Shown here: positions 61,730-64,000 of the stretch, piece after piece
Layout of the letters: each line of letters opens with the position of its first letter
Numbering within the stretch: the first letter of the stretch is position 1
NCBI GenBank assembly: GCA_963720545.1
Contig: OY970399.1
Coordinates: 3,488,001 to 3,552,000 of the forward strand
Direction of reading: 5' to 3'
Length of the DNA stretch: 64,000 nucleotides
Source of the DNA: an uncultured Acidobacteriota bacterium
GTDB taxonomy: Bacteria > Acidobacteriota > Vicinamibacteria > Fen-336
Translations under genes and position numbers: made by a program
Notes under the pieces: generated by a model
Told to the model about the DNA's origin: nothing
The model's input: the letters and a program-made list of their open reading frames with translations, nothing else
Database searches by the model: none

Positions 61730-62179
61730 TCAGCCCCGCAGTCCTGAAGCAGCCGCAACCAGCGCCCCGGCGACGATCGCGGCATCGGCGAGATTCCACG
61801 CCGGCCAGAAGCGCAGGTCGATGAAGTCGACGACGCCGCCGCGCGCCAGCCGGTCGGCGAGATTGCTCGCGGCGCCGCCGAGCGCCGCGCCCAGTGCAAC
61901 GCGGGCGGTGAGCGTGGCGAAGAAGGGCGTTGCGCTCACCAGCAGCATGAGGGCCGCCGCCTCGAGGGCGAGCAGCACGACGAGGGCGCGGCCGCCTCGG
62001 GCGGCACGCCCGCCGGCGCCGCGAGGATTGAGGCCCACGCGCAGCAGCGCACGGCGTGCCGAAGCCGCACTGCTCGCCGGCAGGTGCGACAGCGCGAAAT
62101 GCTTCGTGGCCTGGTCGAGGATCAGCACCAGCGCTGCTGAAAAAAGCAGCCACGCAGGCGACGTTGAAGTGACAATCAC
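61730..62179 (-). CDS. lspA: Lipoprotein signal peptidase II
   Basis: LDQATK, NPRGA, GGAASNLADR, VVDFID, WNLAD. Confidence 0.88.
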   Translation of the reverse strand: MIVTSTSPAWLLFSAALVLILDQATKHFALSHLPASSAASARRALLRVGLNPRGAGGRAARGGRALVVLLALEAAALMLLVSATPFFATLTARVALGAALGGAASNLADRLARGGVVDFIDLRFWPAWNLADAAIVAGALVAAASGLRG

Positions 62180-62298
62180 GATGTCCCGAACGGCGCTTTG
62201 GGAAGAGGTGGGCGCAGGCTACCGGCGCCTAGACGCCGATTGCAAGCAAAAGCGACGCAGCTCCGACTATGCTCTGCGGACACTATTGGGGGCCTTCA

Positions 62299-63587
62299 AT
62301 GATCAAGACGCACACGGCACGCATCGTCCTGGGGATGGCCTTGCTCATCCCGGCATGTCGGCTGCCGGCGCCCCACAGCCAGGCGCAAAGCCACGGGCGC
62401 GCGACCTCGGCGTTCCATTTGACGGGACACCGGGGTCAGCCAATGCGATCACCGATGTGCAGGGTGTCGAGGTCGGCTACACGACGCTCGTTTCGGGCGA
62501 AGGCAAGCGCGAGACCGGCAAGGGGCCGGTGCGCACCGGCGTGACCGCGATACTGCCGCGCGGCCGCGAGTCGCTGGCACCGGTGTTCGCCGCGTTCACC
62601 ATCGGTAACGGCAACGGCGACATGACCGGCACGCACTGGATCGAGGAGAACGGCGTGCTCGAGACGCCGATCCTCATCACCAACACCCTGAGCGTCGGGG
62701 TGGTGCGCGACGCCGCGGTGTCGTGGCTCGTGAAGCGCGATGCGCCGGCGACCTTCTGGTATCCGGTGGTCGCGGAAACATCCGACGGCTGGTTGAACGA
62801 CCAGAAGGGCCAGCACGTGAAGGCCGAGCATGCGCTTGCGGCGCTCGAAGCGGCGCGCGGCGGAGCCATCGCTGAGGGCAATGTTGGTGGCGGCACCGGC
62901 ATGTTGTGCAACGGATTCAAGGGCGGCACCGGCACGGCTTCGCGGCGGCTCGCAGCCGAGGCCGGCGGCTACACCATCGGCGCCCTGGTGCAGTGCAACT
63001 ACGGCCTGCGCTCCGACCTGCGGATCGCCGGCATTCCGGTTGGCCGCGAGATCAAGGGCTACCAGCCGTGCGTCGCGCAGAAGATCGAACCGCCAGTGCG
63101 CCGCGGCAACGGCGATCCGTTTCCGGTCTGCGGGCCCGACGGCGCCTCGGTTTCGACGCTGGCCGAAGGCGAGGGTACGGAAGTGGAGCAGGGATCGATC
63201 ATCGTCGTGATCGCGACCGACGCGCCGCTTTCACCCGACCAGCTGAAGCGCGTCGTGAGGCGGGTGAGCCTTGGCCTGGGACGCCTGGGATCGACCCACG
63301 GCAACGGCTCCGGCGACATCTTCATCGCCTTCTCCACGGCGAACTCCGGCGCCGATGCCGGCAACAGCGAGACCGGCAAGGGTCCGGCGACGATCACACG
63401 ACTGCGTGCGGCCGGCATGGATCCGCTGTTTCTCGCCACCGTCGAAGCCACCGAGGAGGCGGTTGTCAACGCGATGGTTGCCGCCGAGACCATGACGGGC
63501 TCCGACTACATTCGGGTCCACGCGATACCGCACGAGCCGTTGCGCGCCGTGCTGCGGGCCCACGGGCGGTTGACCGAAGCTAAGTAA
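62299..63587 (+). CDS. DmpA/P1 (S58) aminopeptidase; signal peptide out of frame (or start at 62355)
   Basis: RARDLG, NAITDV.GV.VG, RTGVT, EGNVGGGTGM, G|SIIVVIATDAPL autocleavage site, GSGD. Confidence 0.88.
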
Positions 63588-63999
63588 GGCTGCCGATCCT
63601 CAGCAACTGCAGCACCGGCTCGCCGGCCGCACGCGACGAGTGCAGGTCGACCTCGAATTCGGCGAGCCAGTCGTTGAGGTCCTGCGTGTCGACCAGCATC
63701 TGCTGGACGCGCCAAGAACCGCTTGCCGATTCCGTGTCCACGCTGGTGTGCTTCAGGTTGCGCGCCTCGGGGTCGAGGCGCAGCGTGCCGTGTTCCTGCC
63801 GGTGCGCGTCGCGCAGCGCCTTCAGGACGTCGACACTCCACTCGACCCCGGCCGCGTCGATCTTCGCGTCGAGCACCTCCAGGGCCGCCTCGTCCTGGCC
63901 GATCGACCAGTTCTTGAGGAACGCGAAGATGCGGGCGCGGATGGCGGCGGTGAACGCCTTGGCGTTGGCAGTGACGTCGATCGGACCGGCATCGAGCGG
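63580..63999 (-). CDS. C-terminus of DUF3516-type DEAD/DEAH helicase (partial)
   Basis: DVTANAKAFTAAIR...LRLDPEARN...WRVQQMLVD...NDW...FEVDL..SR. Confidence 0.7.
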   Translation of the reverse strand, partial: PLDAGPIDVTANAKAFTAAIRARIFAFLKNWSIGQDEAALEVLDAKIDAAGVEWSVDVLKALRDAHRQEHGTLRLDPEARNLKHTSVDTESASGSWRVQQMLVDTQDLNDWLAEFEVDLHSSRAAGEPVLQLLRIGSLT

Positions 64000-64000
64000 G

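Overview
High-GC bacterial chromosomal window with about 60 genes. Gene content suggests Acidobacteriota (Vicinamibacteria-like); this is an inference. It contains: (i) a split aromatic acyl-CoA catabolic cluster (SDR, RidA, enoyl-CoA hydratase, acyl-CoA dehydrogenase, Old Yellow Enzyme, flavin reductase, benzoate-CoA ligase family, creatininase-like, thioesterase) interrupted by M28/M1 peptidase genes; (ii) a large S8 protease, hppA, and a bfd-bfr-TolB-like-hcrCAB-like run behind a Fur-like box; (iii) gltA and assorted metabolic genes; (iv) a TetR / methyltransferase / hydrolase-glycosyltransferase module with two operators; (v) a lower-GC patch, a DUF3553-like gene and a HerA-like ATPase. 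The most intriguing locus is a four-gene operon (57.3-62.2 kb). It encodes its own LspA and a divergent Lgt next to a LamG lipoprotein with an atypical signal peptide and a large TULIP-like/redoxin-like protein. Two small intergenic repeat families were found: a 20-24 bp perfect palindrome (2 copies) and a ~45 bp covarying hairpin (3 copies). Several single-base frameshifts may be assembly errors. No rRNA, tRNA, CRISPR array, integrase or transposase was seen.
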